This document shows positions 19,136 through 39,149 of a stretch of 64,000 nucleotides of DNA, piece after piece. Each line of letters begins with the position of its first letter. Positions within the stretch are counted from its first letter, which is position 1. A program made the translations under genes and the position numbers. The stretch is from NCBI RefSeq assembly GCF_009914755.1, contig NC_060934.1; one strand, given 5' to 3'. The notes under the pieces were generated by a model. It had not been told where the DNA came from and did no database searches. It saw nothing but the letters and a program-made list of their open reading frames with translations. Source of the stretch: the human T2T-CHM13v2.0 reference genome, Homo sapiens.

Positions 19136-19555
19136 TAATTAAAATTCTATATAACATAAAGTACTGATTCTTTGATTCATAAACCATCTGCCTCTTGCAG
19201 TAAATACCTGTTTTCATGGTTTTGTAGATATGGAGAAGTAACAATCAGTGGGGAGTCCCTGTTAGTACAGGGCCATGACAACTATCTTTTGCTGTACAAT
19301 CTTTAACTTATTAGCGATGTTCAGTTCATTGAAACGATTATGGACCTCATGGACAAAACGTTTACTAGTATTATCTTAAATGTGTTGTTCCCATTGTAAC
19401 ATTTTTCTTTTAAAAATAAATATAGCTGGGTGAGGTGGCTCACACCTGTAAAGCTTTCAAAGGCCGTGGTAGGAGGATTGCTTGAGGCCAGGAGTTCAAG
19501 ACCGGCTTGGACAATATAGCGAGACCCTGTCTCTACAAAATAAAAAAATTAGCTA

Positions 19556-19765
<210 letters not shown>

Positions 19766-19967
19766 TCAAACATTAGGAAAAGTGCATTGAGTAGTATTCA
19801 CTACCAGTTGTATAAAGAGATTTTCTGGCATAGCTTACCCTCCAGAATAACAATGTTTTAAATACAATAAATTGACCAAATTTATTATTTGATGAGAATG
19901 TCTGACTCCATGCACAGACACCTTTCCATTACTCTTTGCAATAAGGAAGACTCAATATAGAATATCA

Positions 19968-20477
<510 letters not shown>

Positions 20478-21019
20478 TCAACGCACCCAACAGAAAGAGA
20501 AGCAAGAACAACAGTACCACACAGCAGGGATTTGTAAAGAAATGTGTGCCGAGAGGCGATGTGTACATGAGCAGGTGTCTACTGTGTTGTTGAGGCACAA
20601 GAAACTCTGGAAATTCCAGGTGAGGCAGCCCAGCCCCTGCCTGCTTCCAGAGGTTTACCTGTCAGTTAAGGTGTCCTCCAAGTTCATTTCGATCTGCAGC
20701 TTTTTCATGTTTGAGATCATCACCCTGTTTTTCCATGAGTGCTTAGTATTGCAAAACATCTTAGAAAGCTTTAACTTCCTTCAAAAAGTACCACACAGTA
20801 TCTATAGAATGTCTTTAGCGTGCTTCTAATCCAGTTTGTAAATTTGAAAGAAACTGCTTTGGTAACAGTGCACATTCAGAGTTCAGAACTTACTCCAGGA
20901 ATTTCATTAAATGACAGTTCTTTAAAGTAGAAGATGAGTTTTTCTTTTCCCTGAACTCTAGGTAATATTTTTGCAACAAAGATTCTGCATCCTAATTACT
21001 AACAGTATCTCTGGAATAA

Positions 21020-21271
<252 letters not shown>

Positions 21272-21761
21272 TGACCTCAGGTGATCCAACCTCCTCGGCC
21301 TCCCAAAGTGCTGGGATTAGAGGCATGAGCCACCACGCCCGGCCTCTATCATTTTTAGTGATAAAAAGAAGGAAATATTACTAGGTGAGGTTTTATTTGT
21401 ACTTTTTTTTGCTTTTGTTTTTGAGACCGAGTCTCACTCTGTTGCCCAGGCTAGAGTGCAATGGTGTGATCTCGGCTCACTGCAACCTCCGCCTCCTGGG
21501 TTCAAGTGATTCTCCCACACCTCAGCCTCCCAAGTAGCTGGGATTACAGGTACCCACCATCATGCCCGACTCATTTTTGTATTTTTGTTTTCACCATATT
21601 GGCCAGGCTGGTCTTGAACCCCTAACCTCAGGTGATCCACCCGCCTTGGCCTCCCGAAGTGCTGGGATTACAGGTGTGAGCTACTGCACCTGGCCTTTAT
21701 TTATTTATTTATTTATATTTTTGAGACAGAGTCTTGCTCTGTCATTCAGGCTGGGGTGTAG

Positions 21762-21905
<144 letters not shown>

Positions 21906-22014
21906 TAGCCAGGCTGGTCTCAAACTCCTGACCTCGTGATCCGCCCACCTCAGCCTCCCAAAGTGCTGGGATTACAGGTGTGCACCACTGTGCCCGGCTT
22001 TAATTTATTTTTAT

Positions 22015-22117
22015 AAGACTAGTCAAGTGCAGTAGTGAGAAGGGGGAAAGAGTAGAACAAGGGTTTAGTCTGTAACCATAAACAATCAATTGAGATAACT
22101 CTACCTGCAGACCAACC
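22015..22117 (-). pseudogene. Y1 RNA (RNY1) retrocopy
   Basis: The reverse complement reads ggttggtctgcaggtagagttatctcaattgattgttt..ccttgttctactctttcccccttctcactactgcacttgactagtctt, colinear with hY1. An A-rich tail is adjacent (21999-22012). Confidence 0.92.
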
Positions 22118-22147
22118 AAGGTAAGGTTTATCTTACTGCATAGCTAG

Positions 22148-22477
<330 letters not shown>

Positions 22478-22807
22478 TGACCTCGCAATCCACCCACCTT
22501 GGCCTCCCAAAGTGCTGGGACTACAGGCGTGAGCCACTGCGCCCGGCCTGTGGTTTCCTTTTAATTGAGTTAAAATTACAGCCTGGAACTCTGAGGCTGT
22601 GGTTTTTTAAATAACGGGTGATGAGCTGCTCTCTAGGAGAATGTGATTAATATAACTGAATGGTCAATTAGTTTCATGGTCTTATAAAGAAACCCAGACC
22701 CTAAGCCCCTGGATGAGCTCAAAGAAATTGTTCGCTCTGCTTAATCACAGCAACTTTTCAGAAGCTTTTACGATCTACCCTGTAATGATTGTTTCCCTTG
22801 GTACTGA

Positions 22808-23188
<381 letters not shown>

Positions 23189-23630
23189 TAGTGATCTGTC
23201 CGCCTCAGCTTCCCAAAGTGCTGGGATTACAGGCGTGAGCCACTGCGACCTGCCTATCCTCACAGCTTTTATCCCACTTGATTAAATGCTTCCAGTCAGT
23301 GGTTGCTTTTTCCCATGATGCTTTTTTAAATAGATAAGATTGAATAAGGTACACAATAGCTGCGTATTCCTAAATAATATCTTTCAGAAATGTGCTCATC
23401 ATACATGGACAGATAGAAATAGAACTTTCATTCTGTAGTCTCTTTTATTCTGAGAGTGTGTCACTGAGGGTGAGTATTCAGACTGGTGTACATGTAGCAA
23501 CTGTTTGGCAGAGGGAAAAGCTGTCTTTGTTGTCAGAGATTTTGATTAAAAAAAAAAAGTCCTGAGCTATTTTATAGTTGCCTATGTCTTACATGATTAA
23601 CTAAGATGTATTTCCTCTTTCTAATTACAG

Positions 23631-23667
23631 AAATCCATAACCATCAGCCTTGTTCAAAACTTTTTAG
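23631..23667 (+). CDS. ABRAXAS2: ABRAXAS2 exon 3 (EIHNHQPCSKLFS)
   Basis: Acceptor ttacag|AA, donor AG|GTAAGC; 37 nt; phases match exons 2 and 4. Confidence 0.95.
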
Positions 23668-24047
23668 GTAAGCCATATGTAAGCTTTTAGTCCTTACTAA
23701 AAGGATTGATTGATAAAAAAAACTAGTGAATTTTGGCCTGTAGCTGATTGTGGCTGTAAAGTCATGAGGGTACCCAAATCCATGTATTTATTGAGTGCTT
23801 TGTACACGGCACTGTGTTAGGTTAGGAAAAGGGAAGGGAAGAGTGTCAATTGTGGGCTTAGTGATTTAGAATGGAAGTATTTCCTCTCAGCCTATCAAGG
23901 GCTCTTCAATTATAGAGAAAAAGTTAATCAACATAAAATAATTCAAAGGATGTTCTTAACGAGGAATAAAAAATGTTTTGTGTTCAACTTTAAAAATGTA
24001 AGAAAAAGGAGCATAAAACGTTCTTTTTGTGTTTGTTGAAGTGAATA

Positions 24048-24302
24048 CAGTAGTCCCTGCTTATCCTTGGGCAATATGTGGCAAGACTCCAGAAATCGTG
24101 GCTAGTACTGAACCCTATCTATATGTACTATGGTTTTTCCTGTATGTACATACCTATCATGAAGTTTCACTTATGAATGAGGCACAGTAAGAGATGATTG
24201 AAGTTATGTGAATGTGTCCACTCACTCTCAAACATATTTGAGAGATTGACCAAGGGTAACTGAAACTGGAAAGTGAAACCGCAGACAAGAGGGGGACTAC
24301 TG
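24048..24302. mobile_element. MER44-type TcMar-Tigger MITE
   Basis: Terminal inverted repeats CAGTAGTCCC..TTATCC / GGGGGACTACTG flanked by TA dinucleotides (24046-24047, 24303-24304). Confidence 0.85.
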
Positions 24303-25263
24303 TATACACCAATGCCATATTATGACCAACTAAAGGACAGAACGAAAAAGAAATAAAGGGAGAAACGTTCGGAAAGGAGAAAGCATACAACAGAGAGACA
24401 CCTGGAGGGAAAAGAGTGAGGAAAAGAAAGTCCAGGGTCTCTTACTCACTGGACTTCCCCCCAAACCACCACCAGGCCTATGCCTTCTTTCTCAGCCCCA
24501 AACCCTTCCACCTAATGGCTGGGATCACGATTTCAACTCTGTGTTTCATAAAACTCCCCGAGACCCAACTTCTTACCCTTTCCAAAAGCCAGGCCAATGC
24601 TTTCCTTCTAGCACTGCCCACACGAATACAATCAGCGTTCTTGATCAGCAGTTCCTTCCGTAACGCCAGCCAGCCCTTTCTGCTTGCCGCTTCCTGCTGT
24701 TCCCTGCAGTTTTCACCCTGACCACTCTCCCACTGTCAGCTGGCCCAAACACCTGGCCCCCTTGCACCCAAAAATCCCTGGGGACTTGTGTCATATTCAC
24801 CCTCGAACATCCACCCGCACCTATTGATTGCTTCAGAGAATTGTCACCATGCAAGATGGCTACCTATAAATGAAGCCATCAGTTGCTGAGAACCTCGCCT
24901 CTTTTAGATTTACACATAAGCAAAACAGGAATGGGGAAGCAAGACGAGCAGCCAGCAGTTCGTTTGAGGGGAATCTCAGAGCAAGTGAAATTGTTTAGGC
25001 TCTGGTTCACACATTGCTTCTGTCTGGTCTACGAAGGTGTCTGATTTGGTCTTGACTGTCCAAAGCTTCTCTAGGTGTACCCTGCCTCAGCCTTCTCAGG
25101 AATTCATTAAAATACTGTCAGCAAAGTAGTACCAGAACAAGGATTTGAGTTTAAAGAATAGACTTAGTTGGCCGGGTGCGGTGGCTCACGCCTGTAATCC
25201 CAGCACTTTGGGAGGCCAAAGCAGGTGGATCATGAGGTCAGGAGATCGAGACCATCCTGGTTA

Positions 25264-25483
<220 letters not shown>

Positions 25484-26355
25484 TTATTAGAGCCAAAAGA
25501 AACCTTAGATAACATCTGTCTATTCCAAACTCCTTATTTTGCAAAAAATGGAATGGAAACCAGGTGGAGTGACTTGCCCCAGATCATATAGTGAGAAACA
25601 GAACTGGAGCTGGAGCTTGTGTCTCTTGCCTTCCAAGTCAGTGGCTTTTTTTGTTTGTTTTTAACCGTATCTTGAACTCCTTTCTGGCTTATAAGGCCCA
25701 GGTTTATGGTGGTAGGAAAGAAGTAGAGGTGTGGCTTTCCCAAGCCCATGTCCAGTAGTAGAGGAGGCCCACGCATCATTATACCTGGATGCGCACCACG
25801 GGATCCTGGTCATGTTGGTCTCTTTTGGAGGTGATTGTATTAGGTTCGAAGCTAGCCAGACCTGGCTTCAAATTCCAGCCCTTCTGTCTACCAGCCCTGT
25901 GATTTGGAGGAAGTCACTTGGCCTTGGTGTGTTTATCTATGAAACTGGGAATAAAACTTGTGGAATTGTTGGGTCAAACTAATACCTCCCAGCACTGAGG
26001 CAAGAATGGAATGAAACAACCTGAGAAAGTAGGCAGCCCAATGTCTTCTTCCACATCCCACAAATGTTTACTTCCCTTCTTCATTTCTCAGAAAATGAGC
26101 TGCTACGTTATCTTTTTTTCATAAGTAATTGATACCTAGAAACAAAGAAAAATGTCACAGCCATTTGAAACCCCACATTTTATAATTACTTGCTATCAGC
26201 ACCTCCCACATGTGGAAGTAATATCTTTTGAATGTAGCAATCTCTTGAGTATTCGTCAATGCAAAAGGGGCCTCATTTCAGAAAAACATTTGGACTGATT
26301 TCTCTTTATTCACCTGTGTAAACCTGTGTAAGGTGAGAAGTTAGGTCTTCATTAG

Positions 26356-26529
<174 letters not shown>

Positions 26530-26698
26530 TGATTCTGAAATCGTTCCTTATCACCGAAAAGATAAAACCAGACAGGAATGTAAAATGGAACAATAAGATT
26601 TCATGTTAATATGTAAAAGTTTTGTTAACCTACATAGATTTTTTGATGTATTAATAGAAAAAAATTTAGATATTTATAGCATGATACCATTATTATTA

Positions 26699-26884
<186 letters not shown>

Positions 26885-27581
26885 TCATGTATTTATTATT
26901 TCTATCAACATTTGCATATGATGTTCTAGTTATGTGTAGACTAGGTAAGCAAGTCTGAATACAACTGAAAATAAACCAAAGTTTTATTGTTGCAGTAGTG
27001 TCTAATAATGCCATTGGTAATTTACCGTGTTATACTATGTATGGGTTTTACTTTTTTTACCTTGGGATATTAATTCTATAAAAATAGATCCGTTACTAAC
27101 CATCTCTTGAGGAAGAAAGTACCAATAAAAGTTTTCAACTTGTCAAACAGAAAACAAAATGCCGTTGTTTAACAGTGTCAGGAGTAAGTGCAGTTATATT
27201 AAAACAACAGCCATTCTAATGTACAGGAGCAGGTAAGGATAAAAGGAAGAATAGGAAGTGTGGAAGCATAGGTCAGAAGAAAGGCAAATAGCTTTATGCA
27301 TGATAGTAAACTCAAGAGGTGCTCCATCCTGGTAGTCTAACCAAGCTGCCTGCCCAACCAGGAAGGGGTGTTAAAGCAGCCACAGGCATCACGTGGTCCA
27401 GTGCTCTCATACTAGTGATTTGCCTGGGAGCAGACATTCTGGAATCTCTTAGCAGCCCGTCCCTCATCTCTCAGATGCTACCTTACCTCCTCATTTTTCA
27501 TATTTTAAATTATGAATCTTCATTATACTTTTTTTTAAAGTTTTTTATTTTTTTGAGATGGAGTCTGGCTCTGTCACCTAG

Positions 27582-27809
<228 letters not shown>

Positions 27810-27987
27810 TGAGCCACCGCAGACGGCCATGAATCTTAATTATACTTTCTAAAACTAAAATTTGTTCTATAAAGATTCTTTTTGGAGCAGAATTTTCTAG
27901 AGCACTCACTACATATTAGAAGTACCAGGAAGTATTTTTTAAAAACAGATTTCAAATTTTTATTTTATTTGTATTTATTTATTTTGA

Positions 27988-28280
<293 letters not shown>

Positions 28281-28458
28281 TAAGTGAGAAAAATGAGTAA
28301 CGACCATGAACAGGAAATTCACAAGAGAAAGAAGAAATCGGCTGGGTGCGGTGGCTCATGCCTGTAATCCCAGCACTTGGGGAGGCGGAGGCAGGTGGGT
28401 CACGAGGTCAGGAGATTGAGACCACCCTGGCTAACACGGTGAAACCCTGTCTCTACTA

Positions 28459-28680
<222 letters not shown>

Positions 28681-29683
28681 CTACCTCAATCAGGAAACAC
28701 AAATTGAAACGAGATACTATTTTTTGCCCATAAGATTGGCAAAAGAGTAAAAAGGTTAGTAATACCCAGTGTTGGCAAGGCTGTGGGTAATGGGGAAGCA
28801 GTAGTTGGTGGAGTCTAAATTAACACAGAGATTTGGGAGGACAGTTTTGCAATCACCGAAAGAATTTTGAATATTCCATTTCACCTCTAGGAATCTGGCT
28901 CAAGAAAATAATTTTACATGGGTTCAACAATACAACAACCTGGAATAACTGAACACTTGAACTCTGTGTGGGGGCATGTTCTGCACGCTTCACGTGTATT
29001 GATACATTTAATCCTTGCACCAGACCCGTGAGGCAAATTACTCATTTTATAGTTGAGAAAACTAAGGTTAAATCATTTGCTTAAGGTCATCAGCAATTCA
29101 TGATGGAGCCATGGTTTAAACCAAGCCGTCCAGCCTCAATCCAGTGCACAAGGATGTTTGTTGTTTGGTTATTTTGTAGGGGGGATTTTGAAAGCAACCT
29201 AAATGTCCAGCAGTGGGGAACAGTGAAATCAGTTCTGTTGGCGCTTCCATACTATGGGAGATGAAGCAGTCCTTACAAAGAAGGAGAGAGGTTTTCATGT
29301 AATGACATAGAAAGATCTCTAAGTTATGTTACATGAAAAAAAGCAGATTGTAGTTTGAGCCCATTTTATATAACAACAAAAGCCTGAGTGGGTGTTCAAA
29401 TACACAGGAAACGATCTGAAAGGATGCTAGTCAGACTTGGGAAAGGGAGTGAATAAAGGGTGCAGGTATCTATTGATGAAGGAAGAATTTATTTGATAAG
29501 GTTTTTTTTTCTTTTAATGACTATGTATTTTATAATTGAAAATAAATTGAAAACAAAGATTCTACAGCCGGGCTCGGTGGCTCATGCCTGTAATCCCAGC
29601 ACTTTGGGAGGCCGAGGCAGATGGATCACCTGAGGTCAGGAGTTCAAGACCTGCCTGGCTGACATGGCAAAACCCTGTCTCTA

Positions 29684-29977
<294 letters not shown>

Positions 29978-31107
29978 CTAGAGTTGACTGCTTTTTCTGC
30001 GGCCAAGAGTCTCAAAACAGTTAAAAGTTGGTCTATAGTTTTGATTTTATAGAATTTTGTGCTAAAACAAATGTTCGTGTTCTCCTTTGCAATTAGTGAT
30101 ATGAGTTTGTTGTTTCATTTTACTTGGAAAATATGTTTCATTTCCTTGATATTTGTTGAGAGTGGGAGCTATATATTTCCTTTGGTACCTTATATAAAGT
30201 ATGAACTCTGTAAGGATTTTTTTCAAAAATCTGAATTTCCAGCACAAAGACAGAGATGATATATAACACTTAGATTTCAAAAAAAAGCTTTATAATTCTT
30301 GTTTGGATTTTTTCCCCTAGGATAAGTACAAAATTTTATCATTACCTCAAAAGGGTGGTTATATGACCCACAAGGTACATGTAAAATGTTAGGCTTAAGA
30401 TAGAGGCTAATGTTTTTGATAAGAAAATCTGCCAGTAGGTACAGTTTGGTCACAGGCTGAATTACTGTTCTGGCAGAATCCATACGTGCTTACAATGTTT
30501 GCACAAGCCTCAGGTTTTAGGCTAAGGCCAAACAAAGCAAGTAAGGAGGATTCGTGCTTTCCGGAAGCTCTGAAATTGATAACAGTAACTGAAACAGCCA
30601 TCCTTGTATCATCATAAGGCCAAAAGAACACAAGCTAAAGACAATAAACGTGCCCATATTGGGATGAAAATGTAAGCAAATGCCTAGCATAGAGAATAGT
30701 CTGTGGTCTGTGGATAGAATAGTCTGTGTGAAACATTGGCCGAGAAACATAAGCAGAGACAAGGTTTTAGGGAAAGATATCCATAATTCTTCATCATGTC
30801 CCAAATATAGCTATGCAAAATGTGCTTTTCAACATCAGTGACTTAGTTTCTCAGTAGCTTTGCAACTAGTTTGTTCGTTAGCTCTAAAAGGTAGAATCAA
30901 AGATATCACCAATACACATTAATTTGGCATCTCATCCTTCATTGATGAGAATGACAGGAGAATCTGTTTTGTTTTGTTTTGTTTTGTTTTTTGAGACAGA
31001 GTCTTGCTCTGTTAGCCACCCTGGTACAATGGCATGATCACAGCTCACTGTAGCCTGGCCCTCCTGGGCTCAAGTGATCCCCCTGCCTCAGCCTCCTGGG
31101 TAGCTAG

Positions 31108-31269
<162 letters not shown>

Positions 31270-32186
31270 TAGAACTGTTGGCATCTATCAAATCAATAAG
31301 CTGTTATATGCCAGGCACTGTGGCTCACGCCTGTAATGCCAGCACTTTGGGAGGCCGAGGCTGGCAGATCACTGGAGGTCAGCAGTTCGAGACCAGCCTG
31401 GCCAACATGGTAAAATCCCATCTTTACTAAAAATGCAGCTGGTTGTGGCAATACACTCCTGTAATCCCAGCTACTTAGGAGGCTGAGGCATGAGAATTGC
31501 TTGAACCTAGGAGGTGGAGGTTGCTTGAGCCAAGATCGCGCCACTGCTCTCCAGCCTGGGCCACAGAGCAAGACTCCATCTCAAAAACCAAAAAAAAAAA
31601 AAAACAAAACAAAGGCAGCTAGGAAAAAAAATGAAATAAAATAGTTCGAATTGGCATAACTGAAAAGCACTATTAGTCATCCAATAGCCACCTTGCAAGA
31701 TTCTGCTAGTCAATGAGTATTTCATGAAAACAGCCAGTGTGCTGAGCACTGTTCAGGTCTTTGCAGGAAGGCAGGGGAAGTGCAGGGCATGCCTGAGGTC
31801 TGCTGAGTAGGTAATTCCAACATTCCAAGTAGGAGTTGGGTACAGAGTATTGAATCTTAGAATGAAATGTGCTATGTTCACCTGCATCAATAGCTCTATC
31901 TAATTGTATCCAAGTTTTCTTGAAAGGAAAACTACTTTTACCTTTTTTATGGCCACCATCATGTCTAGTGTAGAATGTGAAAGTTAGTGTTGCCCAGTGG
32001 AAACAGGCAGGCATCTTGATTCCACATCTTGGCTGTCACTCATGAGCTCTGTAACTTCGGACAAAACATCTCTTCTATCAGATTATATACTGAGGCCAGG
32101 CACAGTGGCTCAATGCCTGTAATCCCAGCACTTTAGGAGGCTGAGGCGGGTGGATCACTTGAGGTCAGGAGTTCAAGACCCACCTA

Positions 32187-32432
<246 letters not shown>

Positions 32433-32864
32433 TTAAGGGATATCAGAATTAATTGCTTTAATCTATGGGAAGATATGTTTTATGTTCAGTAGTACTCCTT
32501 AAGTCAGGAACTATTGCTTATTTCTTTGTTCTCTGTAGTTCTTTGCATATGATATGAACTCAATGGAGAAAACATTATTCACTTAGAGTGGTGTAGTAAT
32601 TAGTGAAAATATTTGTGACAATGCTAGCCTCAGCAAAAGTTGGCTTACTTTCTACATGAAAATGTCAAAACAATCTCAATTTACTATTAATTTTAATTTT
32701 AATATGACACTATTAGATTTAAACTACCTTTGCTTCTTAAAACAAGATTTTAACTCAGAGTTGGTTTCAAAGAAGGAAGCTGTATGAAGATTGATCTTCT
32801 AATAAAGAATTAAATGTTTTGAAAACAGATGTTTTTAAATTTCAGTATGCAAAAGAAAAATTCA

Positions 32865-33050
32865 GAAACTTACTTAAATTCAGATTCCTGGCTCTATCTT
32901 GAGAGGTTCTGATTCTGCAGATTTGGGTGGGGTCCAGGAATCTGCACTTTAGGGATGGGGTCCAGGAATCTGCACTTTAGCAGTCTTTCAGATATCTCTG
33001 AAGTCATCTGTCTTCCTGATGACCAACAAATCACATTATGAGAAGTATTC
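32865..33050. mobile_element. MER5-family hAT fragment with an internal 28-bp tandem duplication
   Basis: cagattcctgg..ttctgattc..tggggtccaggaatctgcacttt motif. Confidence 0.65.
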
Positions 33051-33119
33051 TTCCAGAGTGCATAACAGTTTCATTAGCCAGTTTAGTTATGCTATAGTTA
33101 GAGCTGAAAAAGCTAAACT

Positions 33120-33600
33120 TTTAAAATAGATTTGTTGAGGTAAAATTGACATATAACACATATCTCAAATGTATGCTCTTAGAAGTTTGATGTATGTGTA
33201 AACTTGTGAAACCATCACCATATTAAGATAACGAGCATCTCCTTCACCTACAAAAGCTTCCTCGTGCCTTTCCAGTCCTGCCTTCTCCCCTCATTCCTGT
33301 TAACCACTGATCTTCTTTATGTCACTAGATTAGTTTTCATTTTCTAGAATTTTGTACAAATAGAATCCTATAACCTATACTTCTTTTAGTGAGGAGGTGT
33401 CTAGCTTCTTTCACTCAGGATAGTTATTTTAGGACTCATTCATGTTCCTTTTTATCACTAAGTAGGATTCCAGCATATGCCTGAAGCACAGTCTGTTTAT
33501 CCATGCTCCTGCTCATGGACGCTTGGGTTGTTCCAGGGTGGGGCTTTTGCACATAAAGCTACTATGAACATTTGTGCATGTGTGTTTGTATGGATACATT
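33120..33600 (-). mobile_element. Old L1M 3'-end fragment just upstream of exon 5
   Basis: ttgaggtaaaattgacatataac..aaccactgatctt..ttctagaattttgtacaaatagaatc..ttgggttgttccag..aaagctactatgaacatt. Confidence 0.75.
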
Positions 33601-33617
33601 CAGAATTAAATTTGTAA

Positions 33618-33842
<225 letters not shown>

Positions 33843-33967
33843 TAAAGCTTGCTTTTCCATCTGCCTCACATATAAGAAGGACGTTGGGACCAGGCGTGGT
33901 GGCTTACGCCTGTAATCCCAGCACTTTGGAAGGCTGAGGCGGATGGATCATGAGGTCAAGAGATTGA

Positions 33968-34395
<428 letters not shown>

Positions 34396-35346
34396 TAGTA
34401 GAGACGGGGTTTTGCCCATTTTGGCCAGGCTGGTTTTGAACTCCTGACCTCAGGTGATCCACCTGCCTCGGCCTCCCAAAACTTTATGCATCTTTAAATA
34501 AAAACTTGTATTATTCCCTTTAGCTCTTTTTGTGGTTACGGAAGGTATTTTTCTTGTCAGTTATTTACATAAAATTGTTTTTGGATCAAGAAGCATTAAC
34601 AAGACATGTTTATTATGCATAAATTCTTATAAGGAATAAATAGCTGGAAATCATCATTTGCTTCTCCATAATCCACTATGTGGAAATGTAGTTTTATTGC
34701 TGTGGAAGTCTGATTATAATTTTGAAACATAAATTTCAAATACAAAATTGTGAAATTGAACCACCTGCTGGTTAACGAGGGTTTTGCATCGTGAACTTGT
34801 TAAACCAAAAAAAAAAAAAAACCACCCCTATGATTATATGATCATGTTGTCTGTTTGTAAACAGCAAAATGGTTTCCCTCTGGAAGTTTATTTGTTGTAG
34901 AATAAATTAAATTGACATCAGTGAAAATAATTGTTAATTGTTAAAAAGGTTTTTATAAGATTTCATTATGTAATCTGTGGGTATCTCTTGAGCACTTACA
35001 GGCTCAGCATTGTGTCAGTCACTGTGAGTATACAAAAGATGTGTAAGGCATGACCTGTGCTCTCAAGGAGTTGATAAGCAAGGTTTTACTTTACAGAAGG
35101 GAAAACATCACTAATTCATGTATCCTTGGGTTGTCTGTAGAAGGAGGTGCTCCGTGAGACCTTCCTGTTGGTTTACCAACGTCAGCAACTAAGACTCCTA
35201 CCACCAAGCCCCATTCTTGCTTTAGTTAATTACTTTTATTTATTTTAATTTTATTATTACTATTATTTTGGAGACAGGGTCTTACCCTGTGACCAGGCTG
35301 GAGTACAGTGGCACTATCATATTTCACTGCCACCTTGAACTCCTGA

Positions 35347-35932
<586 letters not shown>

Positions 35933-36365
35933 TAAGTTGAAAGGTAAAGTGCTAGTTTTTTCTTTTGTCAGCAATATTTCTTTTGTTAATAACATTTAAA
36001 AGGTGTATGGAAAAATGTAAAACCAAGTTTGATATGATTAAAATTGAAGAATACAGTAAGGTAATTGTCTAGATACCACCAGCATGTATCAAAATTTTGT
36101 TCTTGTTGAAAAGATAGTTTACTTTTATGAATTTTTTAAATCATTTGCCACAATATTTTTTGTAATTGATACAAAAGTTTTGGATAGAGTATTATTTCTG
36201 AGGTTCTAAAAGCTAAACATAGTCACTGAAAAATACATAGCTTTTTATTATTTTTTAAATGATCTTGGTAACATGGGTTTTTTAAATTTCTCTTCTGTAA
36301 TTCTTGTGGTATGGGCATTATTCCTTAAACACTGTCACCTCGGAGTCACAGCATTTAAACAATAA

Positions 36366-36596
<231 letters not shown>

Positions 36597-38380
36597 TAAT
36601 TTTGAATTGTCTTCCAACTGACAAATAGAGTTAGGATCCGAAAGTCAGAATCTGCTTTCCCAGAACAGAGTCAAGCTGTGGAATAATGATTCATGCCGTC
36701 TCGCAGAAGCCTGGCTCACTCACTCTGTGCCTGAAGTAGATTGTTAATACTACTGTTTCAAATACTTACAGCCCCATTTGTGATAGTAGTTTTGCTAGGA
36801 AAATGTAGAAAGGCTTGCTAAGAACATAGCTGTCTCCATCAGTTATATTCTAAGTAGAGACAATATCAAAAGGCAGCCATAACTGGTTGCATCTCTGCTT
36901 CTTCATCCTAGTTCACTCACTTTGCCCCCAGCTGCCTCCATCGAGTGGGAGGATCTCGGCAGAGCCTGTTCACTCCTAGTCATTTATGCAACAGACATCA
37001 ATGGAAACATCTCCTGTGAGCCAAATACTGAGCTTGGTGCTAACAATACTTTCCCACATTCTTTTCGTCATCCCCGCTGTGTTTTTAGGAGTAGTTTGCT
37101 CTAAAACCTAAGAACAAAAGAGCGTTTGAACTGGCCTTTGAGTACAGCAAAGAAAGTGGTAAAGTTGATGAAGCTCTCCCAGACCTGGAGAAAGCCTGAC
37201 TTTAAGGAAAAAGGCTTTGGCCCGGCATGGTGGCTCACACCTGTCATCCCAGCATTTTGGGAGGCCTAGGCAAGAGGGTCGCTTGAGCCAAGGAGTTCGA
37301 GATCAGCCTGGGCAACATAATGAGACCCTATTTCTACAAAATAGTTAAAAATTAGCCAGGTGTGGCAGCATGCACCTGTAGTCCTCAGCTACTTGGGAAG
37401 CTGAGGAAGGAGGATTGCTTGAGTACAGGAGGTCAAAGCTGCAGTGAGCTACAATTGTGCCACTGCACTCCAACCCAGGTGACAGAGTGAGACCTCATCT
37501 CTAAAATATAAAAATAAAAAGGATGAAGGCCTCAGTGAGTAAAAAGAGGAATGAAGACAGATACTGAAAAAGAGGAAAACAGGCTGAGTTCAGCCTGGGG
37601 CAAAGGGAGAAGCATGCAAGAGCCATTTCCAGTCTAGTGTTCCAAATCAGGGCCACTGTGCACCTACCAGAATAGGGAACTTTATACAGACTCACTGGTC
37701 ACCAGCCTACTTTCTGGAAGCTTCTGGTATTTCTGCTATGGAAGGAACTTGCAGTGGAAAATAGCTTTTTGTCCTGAATTCATGACCATGCCCTTTTCAG
37801 AATATCAGCACTGGCCAAAAGTGGCTGTTATATTTCATTGTTGATTGAATAAGGCCTGCTTTGAAAATACCAAATCACATAGAGTGTTCTCAGGATTATA
37901 AATAGCTAAATTACACAGATGTAGTCTCAGATAGCTATCTTTTATTAAACCTTGACTTTGAAACTTTTTTCAACTTTTCTTTAAAAATATTTTCTGTTAA
38001 ATTGTCTTATCTGATTTTTTGAATGTTGGTAATAAATAAAAGTTGAAAGCATCTTATTCCTGTCTTATCTTTTGTTCTTCTTTGTATGCTAAACTGGTAC
38101 CAAGAGTTCCCTTTTCATTTCAATAAAAATGATTAATCAAAGGAAAGAGTAGATCTTTCCTATCTTACCCTTACTGGTCAAGAATTTATAAGCTAAATAG
38201 CATAATCATCTTAAAATTAAAGCAAATCAGTGAATAATAACAATTCTAGTCTTTTGGGCTTTCATGATTTTGTTCTACCTTATGTGGCTGCTTTTTAACT
38301 CAATAAACCATCTGGACTTTTCCTGGAGTTGTAATCAGCGCTGAATTTATGGAATGCCTTGTGCTTGAACTTGAAGCTAA

Positions 38381-38743
<363 letters not shown>

Positions 38744-38858
38744 TAGAAAAGCTGAAGTGGAAATTAGAATAAATCCCAAGAAGTTATTGATACAGATTTG
38801 TGTATATATTGACAATCGGACCTAGTTACAGTGAATGTGGTGGTTGTTACTAAGTTAA

Positions 38859-39149
<291 letters not shown>

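Noticed and set aside
30693-30728. Short direct repeat agaatagtctgtg x2
   Set aside because: Small slippage duplication with no sign of function.
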